64,000 nt of DNA from Hydrurus foetidus (lineage: Eukaryota), in the NCBI GenBank assembly GCA_900617105.1, contig UYFQ01000023.1:496001-560000 (forward strand), read 5' to 3'. Both the position numbers and the translations under genes were made by a program. Below, in pieces: positions 29,901-38,846 of the stretch. Each line of letters begins with the position of its first letter. Positions within the stretch are counted from its first letter, which is position 1. Below the pieces are notes generated by a model. The model was not told the origin of the DNA. It searched no databases and was given only the letters and a program-made list of their open reading frames with translations.

Positions 29901-30305
29901 GCCGAATACAACCGCGACAAGGATGATGCGGAAATCCAACGGGTATTTGACAAATTGATGAGAGTCCATGAATCCCTGGACGAGGAAGAGCGACGCTACA
30001 TTCGCGAAGGTCTTAGCAGCGAGAAAGAGCTGACCATTTTTGATCTGCTGTCCAAAGACTTGGCCACCAAAGCGGATTTGGTCAAGATCAAAAAGGTAGC
30101 CCAGCAATTGATGGCGACGGTCGAAAAACGACGCAATGAAATGGGCGATCTCAAGCAGCGCGCGGCGGTGCAAGCGCAAATGATGGCTGCCATCATTGAC
30201 GGATTGGCTGAGTCACTGCCAGCCAGTTTTTCAAATGACGAAATCAATGCTCGTGCGGCTGTGGTTTATCAGTTTGTGGAACAAGACATGCGGAGTAAAC
30301 ACTGA
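26997..30305 (+). CDS. hsdR: Type I RM restriction subunit
   Basis: DIVGFVNGLPLVFIELK nuclease motif, HTQGSGKS, DEAH, GFTGTP, LTGFD, QAIARVNR. Confidence 0.95.
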   Translation: MVTSYSEDNNIQEPVAKMFEEHLDWRSLYAFNAETFGPGSLLGRKDATEVVLVRELDAALARLNPKLADTPQGHTKLSLARDALLDADPTKTLLQHNEAKWKLMRDGITLRSPSGSAAEDAHIKVIDFNNPGANDFLVVRELWVKHGPYTKRCDIVGFVNGLPLVFIELKRHDKGLQAAYDDNYLDYRGAPDGSHEGSIPHLFHYNALVIVSNGLDARFGSITSSWEHFSRWKRLNEDDGDPAPKHDKPPLVPVLPILLRGMCTKGALLDIVENFTLFDSSEETTHKVVARNHQYIGVNKVIAKLKAEGPEVLAGKLGVFWHTQGSGKSYSMVFFCQKVHRKVSAAYTFVLLTDRKELDEQIYTTFVGCGVSTSKGDKAPGCDGLERLLKDENRRYVFSLIHKFQKRVKTPWNLRSDVIVVSDEAHRTQYGRLAQHMRMALAKAKFIGFTGTPLIDAHEKSMTEQVFGTYVSVYDFQHAVADGATLPLYYENRGKKLRIVDDELNRRIEERIDAARQDGELTEEQESKLYRELAREYPVLTADTRLNDVAADFVNHYHQRWRLMETPVKAGELPRYGGNAKAMLVCLDKVTCAKMAKLIKGKWDMQRLVLQAKLQDEEARFAKAAMPESAFVNRLRAHIAWMADTQIHPVFSHEQNEIKEFQAENIDARPLREVIKNGIGGKSIEKCFQDGKHPFRVAVVCAMWLTGFDVKSLATLYLDKPMKGHTLMQAIARVNRVAAHKKNGLVIGYNGTIKSLREAMATYAQSDKGRPIDPLLDEDQALAEYANAIAHVQAHLASVGYPLDSLVRAENGTESWGQLLIARNAISTTEETKKTFLVLAEDVFDRFRGLFPHEGLFKYEPQENAIAAIYNQLQKPGKKLDISAIMQEIRGVIDMSLDMTPHNQIDKPTKQYDLSKIDFERLRVEFAKSPYKEAAVLSLQERIQARLALMMRANPTRIDLYQRYQDIIAEYNRDKDDAEIQRVFDKLMRVHESLDEEERRYIREGLSSEKELTIFDLLSKDLATKADLVKIKKVAQQLMATVEKRRNEMGDLKQRAAVQAQMMAAIIDGLAESLPASFSNDEINARAAVVYQFVEQDMRSKH

Positions 30306-30347
30306 TCGCTGCGTTTGCTCTTGGGCCTCTTTTCTTACAGCTGGTTG

Positions 30348-31985
30348 TCAACAGCCCCACAGCGTCATCCTTTCCCCCAGCGCACGCTGGTACACCTTGT
30401 TGTCCCAAGTGCGGTCGGCATCGGTGTCAAACACCATCAAATGCCCTTCGCTCGCGCCGCAGCGTTGCATGTAGTCCAGCGTCTGGGTTGTGCCCTGCTT
30501 GACCAGGGTTTGCAGGCTGTCTTTGGCGCGCTTCACTTTGATTTCAATCACCACACGCTGGTATGGATCGGGGCCAGCTGGCCAAGTCACGTACAAATCG
30601 GTTCGGCCACGCCCCAAACCGTATTCGCGCTCGATGCGTCCGCCACCGTTGACGATACGCTGCAAGTAAGCCTGCAACAGCAGCTGCGGCCCGGCTTCTC
30701 GGTACACCATGCCACGCAGCCAGTGCTCTGAGTTTTCGCGGTAAAACTGCTGGAAAGCACCCAGCAACTTAGCCATGTCCAACGCCATCAGTCCCTGTGC
30801 GTTGGGCGTTAAGTACCATGCTTGCGGCTCCTGTGCGCTGGCAAAGCTGGTTTGTGCAATATCAGTCAGTTCGCGCGGGATGACTTCGCGGTAAATGGCG
30901 TTTGCAATGTCCAGCCGCTTGGTCACGGGATGGCGGTTCACCAAACCCAGGTCAATACAGTATTCCGCGTCGTCAGGGTTCGCACCTTGGATGTCGTCGT
31001 CATTTTGCAGAAGGGGGGCGATGATGCGGCGCACTCTGGGCTCTTGCAGCTTGTCAATCAGCTGGTCCAAGTGGGTGGCACGCGAGAGCACCATGCGCTC
31101 CTTGGCCTGACGCAGGGTTTCACCGGTGATGGGGATCGTACGGTCGCGCATGGGCTTCATGCGGAAGGTCACGTCATAAGCCAGAGCGTTGACCAGCCAG
31201 GGCTGGCCCTGGGTGTAGTCCCAGGCCAGCGAGCGGGCTTCAGAGGTGAATATCTGGCCGGTGGCATCGGTATGCTGCTGGTACAGCTCGTTGACTTCCT
31301 CTTCACTGAAATTACCCAGGCGAATCGAATCAGCTTTGATATTGAAGGCGCTGCCACCAGTGATGATTTCTTTGGTGGCGCTGGAGTGGATACGGTAGTC
31401 CCGCACGTCACGCACACCGCACAGGATGATGCTTTGCGGGAAGGCACCAGGTCTGTCGGCATAGCCTGCGCGGATTTGACGCAGCACGCTGATGAGGGTG
31501 TCGCCAATCAGCGCGTCGATCTCGTCAATCATCAGAATCAGGGGGCGCGGCGCGGCGGGCTGGGCATCATCGTGCATCGCGAGATGACTGATCGCCCGTT
31601 GCAAGGCATCAGTCCAGTTGTTTTTGGCCACCAAGGCGTGGTACAGCGCCTCAACACTGGTGTCTTTCAAATGCAGCTTGGCCGCCTCCACCAAGCTGCT
31701 GACAATCCCCCGCATCGCCAGCACCACGTCTTCACGCGCAGCCTGCCCAGCTTCAATGTTGACGTACAAAGCGCGGTACTGCGTCCCCGCGTTGTAGTGC
31801 CGCATCATGGCGTACAGCGCTGTGGTCTTGCCGGTTTGGCGCGGTGCGTGCAGCACGAAATAGCGCGACTGCTCAATCAACTCGTGCAAATCTTCCAGCT
31901 TGATGCGCCTCAGCGGATCCAGGGTGTAGTTGCGTCCGGGCTGCTGCGGCCCCGCGTTGTTGAAGAATTTGTCCATAGCGGGCAT
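30348..31985 (-). CDS. AAA-like ATPase with C-terminal PD-(D/E)xK nuclease-like domain
   Basis: HAPRQTGKTT Walker A, LMIDEID Walker B; C-terminal REYGLGRGRTDL..VIEIK. Confidence 0.8.
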   Translation of the reverse strand: MPAMDKFFNNAGPQQPGRNYTLDPLRRIKLEDLHELIEQSRYFVLHAPRQTGKTTALYAMMRHYNAGTQYRALYVNIEAGQAAREDVVLAMRGIVSSLVEAAKLHLKDTSVEALYHALVAKNNWTDALQRAISHLAMHDDAQPAAPRPLILMIDEIDALIGDTLISVLRQIRAGYADRPGAFPQSIILCGVRDVRDYRIHSSATKEIITGGSAFNIKADSIRLGNFSEEEVNELYQQHTDATGQIFTSEARSLAWDYTQGQPWLVNALAYDVTFRMKPMRDRTIPITGETLRQAKERMVLSRATHLDQLIDKLQEPRVRRIIAPLLQNDDDIQGANPDDAEYCIDLGLVNRHPVTKRLDIANAIYREVIPRELTDIAQTSFASAQEPQAWYLTPNAQGLMALDMAKLLGAFQQFYRENSEHWLRGMVYREAGPQLLLQAYLQRIVNGGGRIEREYGLGRGRTDLYVTWPAGPDPYQRVVIEIKVKRAKDSLQTLVKQGTTQTLDYMQRCGASEGHLMVFDTDADRTWDNKVYQRALGERMTLWGC

Positions 31986-32037
31986 TGTCGCTTTTCTGTT
32001 GACTGCCCACGATACGGCCCCGCCCTCTTGACCTCAG

Positions 32038-33306
32038 TCACCCGCCGTCAGACAGTTTTTTGTCCCTGAGCCGTTGCAGCTCTTGGTCTTCCAGTTCACG
32101 CCGCCTGAGCTGCTGCTTCGCCAGCTCTTGCTTGCGCTCTGCTTCGATCTCATCAGCGGTCAGCGCCCGGTCAAACGACAGCACGGGGCCGCCCGCTGTG
32201 GCGGGTTCGCCGCGTTGGCTTTTGAGCTTCATCGCCAAGCGCAGCTCGTTGGCAGAGTCGGCGTTGCGGATAGCTTCTTCGTAGGAAATATCGCCAGCGT
32301 TGTACAGCTCAAACAGCGCCCAGTCGAAAGTGCGCATCCCGAGTTCGCGGGATTTTTCCATCAACGCTTTGATGTCACCAAAAGCGCCTTTGAAGATGCG
32401 GTCAGCGATGGTGGGTGTGTTGAGCAAAATCTCAATCGCGGCTTTGCGGCCTTTGCCATCTTCCGTGCGTATCAGCCGCTGCGAGACGATGGCACGCAGG
32501 TTGGCAGACAAATCCATCAGCAGTTGGTTACGCCGCTCTTCGGGAAAGAAATTGATGATGCGGTCTATCGCTTGGTTCGCGCTGTTGGCGTGCAAGGTGC
32601 CCAGGCACAGGTGGCCGGTTTCGGCGAAGGCAATGGCGTGCTCCATCGTTTCAGCGTCGCGAATCTCGCCGATCAAAATCACATCCGGCGCTTGGCGCAG
32701 GGTGTTTTTGAGGGCGTGGTGCCAAGAGTGCGTGTCCACACCCACCTCTCGGTGGCTTACCAGTGATTTTTTGGAGGTATGGACGTATTCCACCGGGTCT
32801 TCCACCGTGATGATGTGGCCCGCTGAGTGGTGATTGCGGTAGTCAATCAGCGCCGCTAAAGTGGTGGATTTTCCAGAGCCTGTGCCCCCCACCACCAACG
32901 CCAAACCCCGCTTGTTCATGATGACCTCTTTGAGTACCTCGGGCAATTCAAGCTTCTCAAAGTTGGGGATTTCTGAGGCAATGGTACGGATCACCATGCC
33001 GACGTGCTGCTGCTGCACGTACACGTTGACGCGAAAGCGCGACACACCGGGCAGCACCATGGCAAAGTTACATTCCAGCTCTTTGGCAAACTCTGCGCGT
33101 TGGCGTTCGTTCATCAGCGCATCGGCCAAAACGCGCGTCACTTCGCCCGTGAGTTTTTGTGCCGACAGCGACTGCATGCTGCCATTGGCTTTGATACTGG
33201 GCGGGAAGTCATGGGCGATGAACAGGTCTGATCCGCCCGCTTGGCTCATGGCGGTCAGCAGTTTGTGCATGTAGCTGCGGGCTTGCTCTTCAGTCAGTGT
33301 GGCCAT
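32038..33306 (-). CDS. pilU: PilT/PilU-family type IV pilus retraction ATPase
   Basis: GGTGSGKST, TVEDPVEY, LRQAPDVILIGEIRD, ETGHLCLGTLH, RIINFFPEERR; ATG 33306. Confidence 0.88.
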   Translation of the reverse strand: MATLTEEQARSYMHKLLTAMSQAGGSDLFIAHDFPPSIKANGSMQSLSAQKLTGEVTRVLADALMNERQRAEFAKELECNFAMVLPGVSRFRVNVYVQQQHVGMVIRTIASEIPNFEKLELPEVLKEVIMNKRGLALVVGGTGSGKSTTLAALIDYRNHHSAGHIITVEDPVEYVHTSKKSLVSHREVGVDTHSWHHALKNTLRQAPDVILIGEIRDAETMEHAIAFAETGHLCLGTLHANSANQAIDRIINFFPEERRNQLLMDLSANLRAIVSQRLIRTEDGKGRKAAIEILLNTPTIADRIFKGAFGDIKALMEKSRELGMRTFDWALFELYNAGDISYEEAIRNADSANELRLAMKLKSQRGEPATAGGPVLSFDRALTADEIEAERKQELAKQQLRRRELEDQELQRLRDKKLSDGG

Positions 33307-33390
33307 GTAGATTTCAACCTTTGGCGCTATTTTGACTTTCTCTAGTCTTTGAGGATGATCGAGGGTTATGTGCGCAGCAGCACAGCCATC

Positions 33391-33418
33391 AAAAAAGGCC
33401 ACCCGGAGGCAGCCTTTT
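33391..33418 (-). terminator. Probable terminator after the BCAA binding-protein gene
   Basis: Minus strand GGCTGCC-TCCG-GGTGGCC-TTTTTT. Confidence 0.7.
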
Positions 33419-33438
33419 GAGGTCAGCGCAAAGAACGA

Positions 33439-34572
33439 TCAGTTCAAAGCGATTTTCTTGTTGTTCTTGTAAACAGACAAGGTCATTTGCGGGTTCTTCA
33501 ATTCACCATTAGGCTCGAACGCGATGGTGGTGGTAATACCTTTGTAGTTGGTCTTGATGATCTCTGGGGTATAGACCTTGGGGTCGGTGGAATTGGCACG
33601 CTTCATAGCGTCAACCAACACAAAGGTTGCGTCATAGGTGTAAGGGCTGTAAAGCTGGAACTGACCAGGGTACTTGGCGTCGTAACGCTTTTTCCAAGCT
33701 TCGCCGCCGGGCATTTTGGCCAACGATGCGCCGCCTTCAGCGCACACCACGTTTTCCAGCGTTTTAGCACCAGCAGCCAAATCAATCACAGTGTTGGTGC
33801 ACAGGCCATCACCACCGAAATACTTGACGTTGGTCATGCCCAACTGCTCCATCTGGCGCAGCATAGGGCCAGCTTGGGGGTCCATGCCGCCGAAGAAAAT
33901 AGCGTCAGGGTTCTTGGATTTAGCTGCCGTCAAAATCGCCATGAAGTCGGTGGCTTTGTCGGTGGTGTACTGCTCGTCAACGATCGTGATGCCTTTGGTG
34001 ATAGCGATCTTTTTGAACACTTCAGCCACGCCTTGGCCGTAAGCGGTACGGTCGTCAATCACGGCGATACGCTTGAGTTTCAAAGCGTCTGCTGCATAGA
34101 AAGCCAAACCAGCGCCCAGGGCATTGTCGTTGGCGATGATGCGGTAGGTGGTCTTGTAGCCAGGCTTGGTCAAGTTAGGGTTGGTTGCTGCGCCGGTGAC
34201 GTGAGGGATACCGCAGTCGTTGTAGATCTTGGAAGCAGGGATGGTGGTTCCCGAATTTAAGTGACCCACCACGCCGTTGACCTTGGCATCGCACAGTTTT
34301 TGTGCAGCAGCGGTGCCTTGCTTAGGATCAGCAGCGTCGTCTTCAGCCAAGAGTTCAAATTTGATCTTTTTGCCACCGATTACGATGTTTTGCGTGTTCA
34401 GGTCTTCAATGGCCATGCGTGCGCCATTTTCATTGTCTTTTCCGTAACCCGATTGGCTGCCCGAAATAGGGGCAACGTGGCCGATTTTGACAACCTGAAC
34501 GTCTTGGGCAGAGGCCATGCCAGCAAGTGCGGTCAAAGCGGCTAGCGCTGTCAGTTTCAATTTGAATTGCAT
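33439..34572 (-). CDS. Branched-chain amino acid ABC transporter substrate-binding protein (LivJ/K-like)
   Basis: Signal peptide, KIGHVAP, EDDAADPKQG, VVGHLNSGTTIPAS, DDRTAYGQG. Confidence 0.93.
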   Translation of the reverse strand: MQFKLKLTALAALTALAGMASAQDVQVVKIGHVAPISGSQSGYGKDNENGARMAIEDLNTQNIVIGGKKIKFELLAEDDAADPKQGTAAAQKLCDAKVNGVVGHLNSGTTIPASKIYNDCGIPHVTGAATNPNLTKPGYKTTYRIIANDNALGAGLAFYAADALKLKRIAVIDDRTAYGQGVAEVFKKIAITKGITIVDEQYTTDKATDFMAILTAAKSKNPDAIFFGGMDPQAGPMLRQMEQLGMTNVKYFGGDGLCTNTVIDLAAGAKTLENVVCAEGGASLAKMPGGEAWKKRYDAKYPGQFQLYSPYTYDATFVLVDAMKRANSTDPKVYTPEIIKTNYKGITTTIAFEPNGELKNPQMTLSVYKNNKKIALN

Positions 34573-34754
34573 AGGAAAACTCCAGAAATAAAAGACAGAA
34601 AGACCTAAAAGAAGGTTGAGGCACAATTTTTTTACTCAACGCCGCCGAACATATCGCAATTTCCGGGCCGCAACCATAGGGAACACGCTAGGTCTTGCAC
34701 CAAGAAGGGAAATTTTTAGCGTGAGGCATTCAAATACCAGGGGTTTCCCTCACT

Positions 34755-35093
34755 TCAAAGCCCGGTGCTTCCGGACAATTCTTGCACCATCGCCTCACAC
34801 ACAGCGGTGTACACGGTGTCTTCAATGGCTTGGTGCAACGCGGGTTGCATGAGCTGCATTTGGCGGCTTACGACCTCCGCCACAGCCGCATTCACCCGCT
34901 GCGACAGCAAGACATCAACACGCAGCATCACCCGCTGCACCAAATGGGCTTGCAGGCCATCGGTGGAGGCCGTTGCGGTGACAAAAGTGGGGGCTGGCGC
35001 CGCGTGCGGCTGCTGGTTGTCAGGCCATTGCACCACTTCAGTCAAAGTAGGCACAAACCGAGGGGGTTGACGACTGGCGGAAAAAGAATTCAT
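34755..35093 (-). CDS. Hypothetical protein downstream of holC (DUF2486-like)
   Basis: PPRFVPTLTEVV N-terminal motif; position after holC; GAGG RBS. Confidence 0.65.
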   Translation of the reverse strand: MNSFSASRQPPRFVPTLTEVVQWPDNQQPHAAPAPTFVTATASTDGLQAHLVQRVMLRVDVLLSQRVNAAVAEVVSRQMQLMQPALHQAIEDTVYTAVCEAMVQELSGSTGL

Positions 35094-35117
35094 GCAGGGC
35101 AGTCCTCAGAAAGAAAG

Positions 35118-35579
35118 TTAGACGGCAGCGCTGGCCGCCAAATCATGGCGCGTCATGCTGAAACCGGCTTGGGCGTAATAGCGCCACCGCTGGCGGGCCG
35201 CCACCACATCGGCTTCGTCGTAGCTCACCACCTCAATCAACCGGGCAAAGCGCTCAAAGCCTAACGGTACGGTTTCGCCTAAATTCAGCAACACAGAATG
35301 CGTCAAGCCCTGCACCTGGGGTGCGTCTATCGAGGGGGCTAACACCACCGGGGACGCGGCCAGCACGTCAGCCGAGGCCGTCACCAAGCAGTGGGCGACG
35401 AACTCCAGCGGGGCAAACGTCCACAAATCGCGGTCTAAGGCGTGAAGCACTTCCGGCTGGCCCGTGACCAGCACCCGCGCCCCAGCGTTCACGGCTTTGC
35501 GCAGCAAGCGGCACACGTAGGGCAGCGTCTGCGGCACATTAAAGTGAAAGGCGACCTCGGTCATGCGCGTCTCAGTCAT
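35118..35579 (-). CDS. holC: DNA polymerase III chi subunit
   Basis: CRLLRKA, LDRDLWTF..FVAH, LLNLG, ARQRWRYY; follows pepA. Confidence 0.92.
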   Translation of the reverse strand: MTETRMTEVAFHFNVPQTLPYVCRLLRKAVNAGARVLVTGQPEVLHALDRDLWTFAPLEFVAHCLVTASADVLAASPVVLAPSIDAPQVQGLTHSVLLNLGETVPLGFERFARLIEVVSYDEADVVAARQRWRYYAQAGFSMTRHDLAASAAV

Positions 35580-35585
35580 GCGGGG

Positions 35586-37157
35586 TTAACCCGCTTTAGG
35601 GGCACGGCGCTTGGCACGCGGTGCAGCGCCATCGGCCACGGGCGCTGATTCAGGGGCTTGCGAGGCTTGTGGTGCAGCCAGCCCCAGCACATAGTCCAGC
35701 AGCAAGCCCACCGGCCGCCCCGTAGAGCCTTTTGCCGCGCCGCTCTTCCACGCGGTGCCTGCGATGTCCAAATGTGCCCACGCAAACTTCTTGGTGAAGC
35801 GTTGCAAGAATTTGGCGGCGGTGATGGCACCACCCGCACGGCCACCCACGTTCGCCACATCGGCGAAGTTACTTTTCAGACCTTCGGCGTACTCGTCGTC
35901 CAAAGGCAAGCGCCAGCAGGGATCAAGCGCGGCCTCACCAGCAGCTTGCAGCGCCTGGGCCAAGCTGTCGTCGGTTGAAAACAAACCGCTGCGCACGCCA
36001 CCCAGGGCGACCACGCAAGCGCCTGTCAGCGTGGCGATGTCGATCACGGCGTGGGGTTTGAAGCGCTCTGCGTAGGTCAAGGCATCGCACAAGATCAGAC
36101 GGCCCTCGGCATCGGTGTTCAGCACCTCGATGGTCTGGCCGCTCATGCTCGTCACCACATCGCCGGGTTTCACCGCACGGCCATCGGGCATGTTTTCGCA
36201 AGTGGGGATCAAGCCCACCACATTGACGGCAGGCTGAAGATCGGCCAGCGCCCGGAACACCCCCAGCACGCTGGCGGCACCGCACATGTCGTACTTCATC
36301 TCGTCCATCTCAGCGGCAGGCTTGATAGAAATACCACCGGTGTCGAACGTGATGCCCTTGCCTACCAGCACCGTAGGCGCTTGCGACTTGGCCGCACCGT
36401 TGTACTTCAGCACGATGAAACGTGGTGGCTCTTCGGAACCTTTGGCGACGGCCAAAAACGAACCCATGCCCAGCGCATCAATTTGCTTCTCGGTCAGCAC
36501 CTCGCACTTGACCGGGCTACCGCCCTTGGACAGCGCCTTGGCCGCCTCAGCGAGCAGCGTGGGTGTAGCGAAATTAGGGGGCAAATTACCCCACTCTTTG
36601 GCCAAATTCACGCCATTCGCCAAAGCACAGGCTTTGTCGAAAGCGGGTTTGAGTTTGGCCGTGCTGTGAACGCCAAACACCACGGTTTGCAGCGCCACCG
36701 GCTCGGGCTTGCTCTTGGTGGAAGCGTAGGTGTAGCCCGCGTCGGAGGCACCGGCCACAGCGGCTTGCAAGGCCGCCGCACTGGCTGGCGCAGAGGATGA
36801 GGTGGAAGGTGTGGAAGCCGTGGACGATGGCAACAACGCCAGCGACACCAGCACGCGCTTGGCAGGGCTGGATTTGAGCGCACCCATCGCCGCCTGCACG
36901 GCAGTTTTAACCTGTTTGGCCGCGCCATCGCCCGCGCCCACCAGCACCACGCGGTCAGCCAAAAATGGGGCGCTCAGGTACAGCTGTAGCAGCTTGCCAG
37001 CCTTCAGCTTCAAATGATCGGCTTTGATGGCCGCCGCAATCAGCGACGACGCCTCGTCTTGACCCGCAGTGAACGACTCCCCAACCAGCAGTACCAGCGC
37101 ATCGCATTTGTGGGCGGCTGATCCCGCCAAGTCGAGTTGTTTGAGTTCAAAGTCCAT
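35586..37157 (-). CDS. pepA: Leucyl aminopeptidase (M17)
   Basis: VGKGITFDTGGISIK, MKYDMCG, NTDAEGRL, ATLTGA, WAHLDIAG. Confidence 0.96.
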   Translation of the reverse strand: MDFELKQLDLAGSAAHKCDALVLLVGESFTAGQDEASSLIAAAIKADHLKLKAGKLLQLYLSAPFLADRVVLVGAGDGAAKQVKTAVQAAMGALKSSPAKRVLVSLALLPSSTASTPSTSSSAPASAAALQAAVAGASDAGYTYASTKSKPEPVALQTVVFGVHSTAKLKPAFDKACALANGVNLAKEWGNLPPNFATPTLLAEAAKALSKGGSPVKCEVLTEKQIDALGMGSFLAVAKGSEEPPRFIVLKYNGAAKSQAPTVLVGKGITFDTGGISIKPAAEMDEMKYDMCGAASVLGVFRALADLQPAVNVVGLIPTCENMPDGRAVKPGDVVTSMSGQTIEVLNTDAEGRLILCDALTYAERFKPHAVIDIATLTGACVVALGGVRSGLFSTDDSLAQALQAAGEAALDPCWRLPLDDEYAEGLKSNFADVANVGGRAGGAITAAKFLQRFTKKFAWAHLDIAGTAWKSGAAKGSTGRPVGLLLDYVLGLAAPQASQAPESAPVADGAAPRAKRRAPKAG

Positions 37158-37160
37158 GAA

Positions 37161-38690
37161 TCATTTGCTTTCTGTAAGGGGGTTTTTAGAGGTTGAGGAG
37201 GGGCTCACTGCCTTAGCACGGTGCTGCAACATGGTATAGCCTGCGTGCTGGCCCAGCACCTGCCATGCCATCATTTTCTGAGCTGGCAACTGCGGGAGCA
37301 GCGTATCTTGCACCACCAGGGTCACTGGCTCGCGGCTGGTCAGCCATTGCTGAACAGCGGCGGGGGATTGCGCCACTTGGGCCTTCCCTTGCGAATAAAA
37401 ATTGGCCGACAAAGGCCGTGCGCCCAAGTACACCAGCGCGGTGTTCGCGGGCCACAGCCGCAGCAAGGCCCGCTGCGAACGCTGCTCGGGCAGGTCAGAC
37501 AAGGTCAACCACCCCACCCACAGCACTGGGGCCACCAGCCCCAGCACCCATACCCGAGATAACCAAGGCGAATGACGGGCAGCGGCCAACACCAGCAACA
37601 CCGTGAGCAAGGCAAACGCAGGCAGCCCTGGCAGCACGTAGGCTTCCAAAATATTGCGAGCAGCCGTGAAAAACACCAGCGGGGCCACCGTCCAGGCGAT
37701 CAGGTACTGCCACTCTTGGGGTTGGAAAACAGGCTCAGCCTCAGCTGCGGCTTGTGAGTGAGCGCGACGGCGGTTCCACAGCAGCCCTCCTGCCAACACC
37801 GCCACCAGCGTCCACGGCAAAAACCCACCGGCACCGAACCACCAGATCAAGCCACGCAACTCCGCATGACCCTGGCCGTACAAATCGCCCGTCCAGCCGC
37901 TGACCAAAAAGCGCTGGAAATGCTCGCCCACGATGAAGTACTGCAAAAACCCTGGCGTACGCTGCTCTGCCAGCATGTACCACGGCAGGGCCAGCACCAC
38001 CGTCAGCACCGTGCCACGCAGCCAAGGCAGGCGCGCCCAGACCACGCGCCAACGGGCCGTCCACAGCGTCCACAGCCCCAGCGCCAATCCCGTTACCACA
38101 GCAGCTACCGGCCCTTTGGCCAGCAGCCCCAGCGCCACGCCAACAAAAAACACCCAGCGCCACAGGCTGCGCCCGCTCGCGTCGTTCACCGCCACCCAAA
38201 ACGCCACCATGCACAACGTGGTGCTGAAGGCCATGAACATGTCCGTCATCACCGCCGCCGAGGCGATGAACCCCACCACGCTAGAGAACAAAACCACCGA
38301 TGCCGCCAACGGCAACGCGCACTTGACACGCGCATCGCGGGGCCAAGCCCAAAACAACGCCGCACTGCCCAGCGCTGCCAAGAACGGGGCCAACCGTGCC
38401 CCAAATTCGTTCACACCGAACACCGCCATCGTGGCTGCACTGCCCCAGAACGACAGCGGGGGTTTGCCCCAAAATGGCACACCGTGGTCAAACCAAGGTG
38501 TCACCCAGTTGCCGGTTTCCAGCATCTTGCGGGCGATTTCGGCGTAGCGCGGCTCGGTGGTGCTGCCCAACGGGTAAGCCCCCAGCGTACACAGGCGCAC
38601 CAGCACCACGGCCAAAAGGACGAACGCGATAAACTTGGAAGGGGTGGCACCGGCTATAACGGGTGTGCGGGGACTTTGCGGCGCTGACAT
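37161..38690 (-). CDS. ArnT/PMT-like glycosyltransferase (GT-C fold)
   Basis: TEPRYAEIARKM, FWGKPPLSFW, EFGARL, LAKGPV, multiple TM helices. Confidence 0.85.
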   Translation of the reverse strand: MSAPQSPRTPVIAGATPSKFIAFVLLAVVLVRLCTLGAYPLGSTTEPRYAEIARKMLETGNWVTPWFDHGVPFWGKPPLSFWGSAATMAVFGVNEFGARLAPFLAALGSAALFWAWPRDARVKCALPLAASVVLFSSVVGFIASAAVMTDMFMAFSTTLCMVAFWVAVNDASGRSLWRWVFFVGVALGLLAKGPVAAVVTGLALGLWTLWTARWRVVWARLPWLRGTVLTVVLALPWYMLAEQRTPGFLQYFIVGEHFQRFLVSGWTGDLYGQGHAELRGLIWWFGAGGFLPWTLVAVLAGGLLWNRRRAHSQAAAEAEPVFQPQEWQYLIAWTVAPLVFFTAARNILEAYVLPGLPAFALLTVLLVLAAARHSPWLSRVWVLGLVAPVLWVGWLTLSDLPEQRSQRALLRLWPANTALVYLGARPLSANFYSQGKAQVAQSPAAVQQWLTSREPVTLVVQDTLLPQLPAQKMMAWQVLGQHAGYTMLQHRAKAVSPSSTSKNPLTESK

Positions 38691-38846
38691 ACGACAGGTA
38701 AAAACAACAGGTAAAAAAGGCGGGTAGAGACGACAGATGAATTCAGTTAAACCAACACGCTTTATTTTGCTTCAAAACACCCTCCTCCCGATGACCGGCC
38801 CTGTTTGCTGCGCTTTCTCGCTTCGTGTTACGTAACCTGACCCCTC

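Noticed and set aside
30305..32040. Searched for an attR (tRNA 3' duplicate) or integrase bounding the RM islet
   Set aside because: No copy of TTCGAATCCCGCCTGTTCCGCCA and no recombinase ORF found by eye, so no mobile_element is called
38694..38718. ACAGGTAAAAA duplicated upstream of the ArnT-like gene
   Set aside because: Only two short copies; no supportable function
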